Shown one piece after another: positions 60,101-64,000 of a stretch of DNA of 64,000 nucleotides. Location of the stretch: contig OZ024741.1 in NCBI GenBank assembly GCA_964016885.1, forward strand, positions 388,554,001 to 388,618,000. Reading direction: 5' to 3'. This stretch comes from Eledone cirrhosa (Eukaryota). A model generated the notes under the pieces. It had not been told where the DNA came from. It was given only the letters and a program-made list of their open reading frames with translations, and ran no database searches. A program made the position numbers and the translations under genes. Within the stretch, counting starts at the first letter, position 1. Each line of letters opens with the position of its first letter.

Positions 60101-61608
60101 TGTGTGGTAGGTGGAAGTGTTGTTGTGTGGTGGTGGAAGTGTTGTTGTGTGTTGGTGGAAGTGTTGTGTGGTAGGTGGAAGTGTTGTTGTGTGGTATGGG
60201 GAAGTGTTGTGTGGTAGGTGGAAGTGTTGTTGTGTGGTAGGGGGAAGTGTTGTGTGGTAGGTGGAAGTGTTGTTGTGTGGTTGGTGGAAGTGTTGTGTGG
60301 TAGGTGGAAGTGTTGTTGTGTGGTGGTGGAAGTGTTGTGTGGTAGGTGGAAGTGTTGTTGTGTGGTGGTGGAAGTGTTGTTGTGTGGTAGGTGAAAGTGT
60401 TGTTGTGTGGTGGTGGAAGTGTTGTTGTGTGGTAGGTGGTGGCGTAGTTGTGTGGTAGGTGGAAGTGCTGTTGTGTGGTGGTGGAAGTGGTGTGTGGTAG
60501 GTGGAAGTGTTGTTGTGTGGTGATGGAAGTGTTGTTGTGTGCTGGTGAAAGTGTTGTTTTGTGGTGGTGGAAGTGTTGTTGTGTGGTAGGTGGAAGTGTT
60601 GTGTGGTAGGTGGAAGTGTTGTTGTGCGGTGGTGGAAGTGTTGTGTGGTAGGTGGAAGTGTTGTTGTGTGGTGATGGAAGTGTTGTTGTGTGCTGGTTGA
60701 AGTGGTGTGTGGTAGGTGGAAGTGTTGTTGTGTGGTGGTGGTGGAAGTGTTGTGTGGTAGGTGGAAGTGTTGTTGTGTGGTGGTGGAAGTGTTTTTGTGT
60801 GGTGGTGGAAGTGGTGTGTGGTAGGTGGAAGTGTTGTTGTGTGGTGGTGGAAGTGGTGTGTGGTGGTGGAAGTGTTGTGTGGTAGGTGGAAGTGGTGGTG
60901 TGTGGTGGTGGAAGTGTTGTTGTGTGGCGATGGAAGAAGTGTGAGGTAGGTGGATGGGTTCTTGTGTGGTAGGTGGAAGTGTTGTTGTGTGGTGGTGGAA
61001 GTGTTGTTGTGTTGTGGTGGAAGTGTTGTTGTGTAGTGGTGGAAGTGTTGTTGTGTGGTAGGTGATGGCGTAGTTGAGTGGTAGGTGGAAGTGTTGTTCT
61101 GTGGTGGTGGAAGTGGTGTGTGGTAGGTGGAAGTGTTGTTGTGTGGTGGTAGAAGTGTTGTTGTGTGGTGGTGGAAGTGTTGTTGTGTGGTGGTGGAAGT
61201 GTTTTTGTGTGGTGGTGGAAGTGGTGTGTGGTAGGTGGAAGTGTTGTTGTGTGGTGGTGGAAGTGGTGTGTGGTGGTGGAAGTGTTGTGTGGTAGGTGGA
61301 AGTGGTGCTGTGTGGTGGTGGAAGTGTTGTTGTGTGGCGATGGAAGTAGTGTGAGGTAGGTGGATGGGTTGTTGTGTGGTAGGTGGAAGTGTTGTTGTGT
61401 GGTGGTGGAATTGTTGTTGTGTTGTGGTGGAAGTGTTGTTGTGTAGTGGTGGAAGTGTTGTTGTGTGGTAGGTGATGGCGTAGTTGAGTGGTAGGTGGAA
61501 GTGTTGTTCTGTGGTGGTGGAAGTGGTGTGTGGTAGGTGGAAGTGTTGTTGTGTGGTGATAAAAGTGTTGTTGTGCGGTGGTGGAAGTGTTGTTGTGTGG
61601 TGGTGGAA
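48200..61608. repeat. ~13.4-kb G/T-rich satellite of 19-23-bp variant units
   Basis: Units GGAAGTGTTGTTGTGTGGTGGT (22), GGAAGTGTTGTGTGGTAGGT (20) and variants. Almost no C on the plus strand. Confidence 0.97.
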
Positions 61609-64000
61609 GTGCTTTTTGTCATGACACCTACACGGCCACTTTACAGTATGTACTGGGTGCTTTTTGTCATGGTACTTACACAACCACTTTACAGTATGTA
61701 CTGGGTGCTTTTTGTCATGGTACTTACACAACCAGTTTACAGTATGTACTGGGTGCTTTTTGTCATGGTACTTACACAACCACTTTACAGTATGTACTGG
61801 GTGCTTTTTGTCATGGTACTTACACAACCACTTTACAGTATGTACTGGGTACTTTTTGTCATGGTACTTACACAACCACTTTACAGTATGTACTGGGTAC
61901 TTTTTGTCATGGTACTTACACAACCACTTTACAGTATGTACTGGGTACTTTTTGTCATGGTACTTACACAACCACTTTTACAGTGTGGGCCAGGCACGTT
62001 TCTATATGATAACTTAGTAACTTAGTCTAAGTGAACATTTATCAGACTTAACATTGTCTTTTAGGTAGAATCTGTATCTTTTACACACCTGATTCTATTT
62101 TAACAAGAAATACTTGAAATTGGAAGACACTATCTCTATCTTGTTCATCTAGAAAGAAGTTAGATTTTTAACATGATAAGAATAGCTCGCAGGAAAAATT
62201 TGGAAGAAATAGATGTTCTTTTTACACTCCCCAAACACTATAACTTCTGTCAAGTCCTTTTTGATTAGATTGGCAGTTTATTCACCAACCGTTCTAATTG
62301 ATAATATTTTCAGCTGACAACAACAACAATATCACTATCACCACCACCACCAACAACAACAATAACTATAACAGAAACAACAACAACAATAATGCCATCA
62401 CCCAAAAAAATATACCAATAACAACACCGACAGCAACATCACCAACAACAACAGATAGACAGATAGATAAAATAAAACAAAAAATAAATAAATAAAATAA
62501 AATAAACAGCTGCACCTCTAAATATTCTGAGAGGCTTATCTTGGTGATCAATATTGTGATGAAGGTGACTTTGATGTAGAATAAGAGAATCTCAATTATT
62601 CCATTCAACATCTTGACATTTAAGTGGACTTTTGAAGTGAGAGAGAAGGTGAAGTCAGAGAGAAGGGGGGAAGGTGGAGAGGAGGGGGAGAGAAAACAGA
62701 AGCTGTGAAGCAATCATTCAATTTGTCAATGTAGCTGTTGACAGTGCCGACCAGCTGGAATCCCAAGATCATTGAGATTTTCTGCTTGATTCATCCATTC
62801 AAATGTTCCGTTGATAATCAGTTAAGTTCAGAAGACAGGAAAATCTTATCATCTCATAAAGAAATCATTTTTCCATCCAAGAAGTGGCAATGTTTTCATA
62901 ATTCTTCATTAGCTTCTTTGGAATTTTGTAGTTCATCAATTTTGTGTCTTAGCTGATCATCTGCTTGTCCAAGTTGGCAAGGTTCATCAACAGTCTCTAA
63001 AGGGTCAAAATGATCACTAATTACTGAGAAACTACCATTCATACTGGAGGTACCATCTATTACCAGTTCCTTATTGCACTGATTCCTCCATTTTCACAAG
63101 TAAGTTTGTATGTGTGTGAGTGGTTTCAATGGTGGAGTGGCTTGTGTTCTGTTGACCTAAGGGGCTATATTGGCAGGAACCAAGATCTTGGTAAGTTCAA
63201 CCAAGCCAGGCAGGCCAAAAGGTAGGAACCAAATGAGATCTTAAACACTTTAGGACTAAACCTAAATGCCAATCCAGGAGTAGGTATATAACTGTTGTAA
63301 TGATTATATCTGTTCTGATCAGTGGCAAAATGTCACAGTATAATGTACAACAGTATGAGTTATTAGTTCCTTCAATTGAAACATTGGAGTAGCTAGGAGG
63401 CATGTAGCTTAGTGGTTAAATAATTAGATTCACAATAATGAGGTTGTGAATTCAATTTCCAGACTGGGTGATGTAATATTTCACATTTCTTTTTCTGTCA
63501 GGAGCTGTGATCAGTAGATTGTATCAGCAATGGGAAGACCAATGGAAACCTTATTTCCTTGGTCTGATTTGATGAGTTCTACCCCATTTGATAAACAAAT
63601 AAGGTCTGCGAGCTTGTCAATTGATCGATTGAGTAGTTATGAGGACCTGCATGTCACTAACATTGACCATCATTACTCTGAGGGAGCAATCAAAAGTTCA
63701 CTCGATCTGATAGATGGATAGTGTATGACATGGGTAGTTAACAATGTATTGCATTCACAAAAACAGCTGCAGGAAAGACATTGAGCCTTTCTTACAAACA
63801 GGAAAGAAAAAGAAGTAAAATCTTTTTTATAATATTTTCTAAACACATTGTCCATTGTTTTTTGTGATTTTCTGGGTCAGAGTGCATCAACAGTAGCCAC
63901 AGATCACGGAAGAATTTAGGATCAATTTTATTCTTTAAATATATAAACATTAATTCATCAATTATTTTTTCCTGTAGATAGCATCGTTCTAAGTTCAAAT
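61609..64000 (+). repeat. Segmental duplicate of 43162-45553 (offset 18,447 bp), runs off the window
   Basis: Identical ORFs at constant offset (43851/62298, 44291/62738, 45083/63530). No differences noticed by eye. Confidence 0.95.

Noticed and set aside
48174-61971. 1000-3000-aa His/Thr/Pro 'mucin-like' ORFs
   Set aside because: Long ORFs occur in all three minus frames because the strand is almost G-free and lacks TAA. Unit lengths are mostly not multiples of three, and there is no signal peptide or unique domain.

Overview
AT-rich eukaryotic, repeat-saturated DNA with no intact host gene. The repeat inventory (long (TA)n/(CA)n tracts, tRNA-derived SINEs, RTE, CR1 and R4/Dong LINEs, Penelope) looks cephalopod/octopus-like; this is an inference. 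Recognisable decayed elements: RTE LINEs (one with a PHD finger inside the RT region), CR1, R4/Dong-type, a Penelope-like element, hAT (Buster type), mariner and Chapaev3 transposons. There is also a 48-bp minisatellite, a ~13.4-kb G/T-only satellite, an 18,447-bp-offset duplication and a CpG-decayed exon-like pseudogene. The most interesting signal is a set of nine minimal type I hammerhead-ribozyme motifs of the Penelope type. Four of them sit at the outer ends of two long fold-back palindromes (19833-21534 and 28029-28445), one ribozyme per strand. All folds were paired by eye. Coordinates of decayed elements are approximate.
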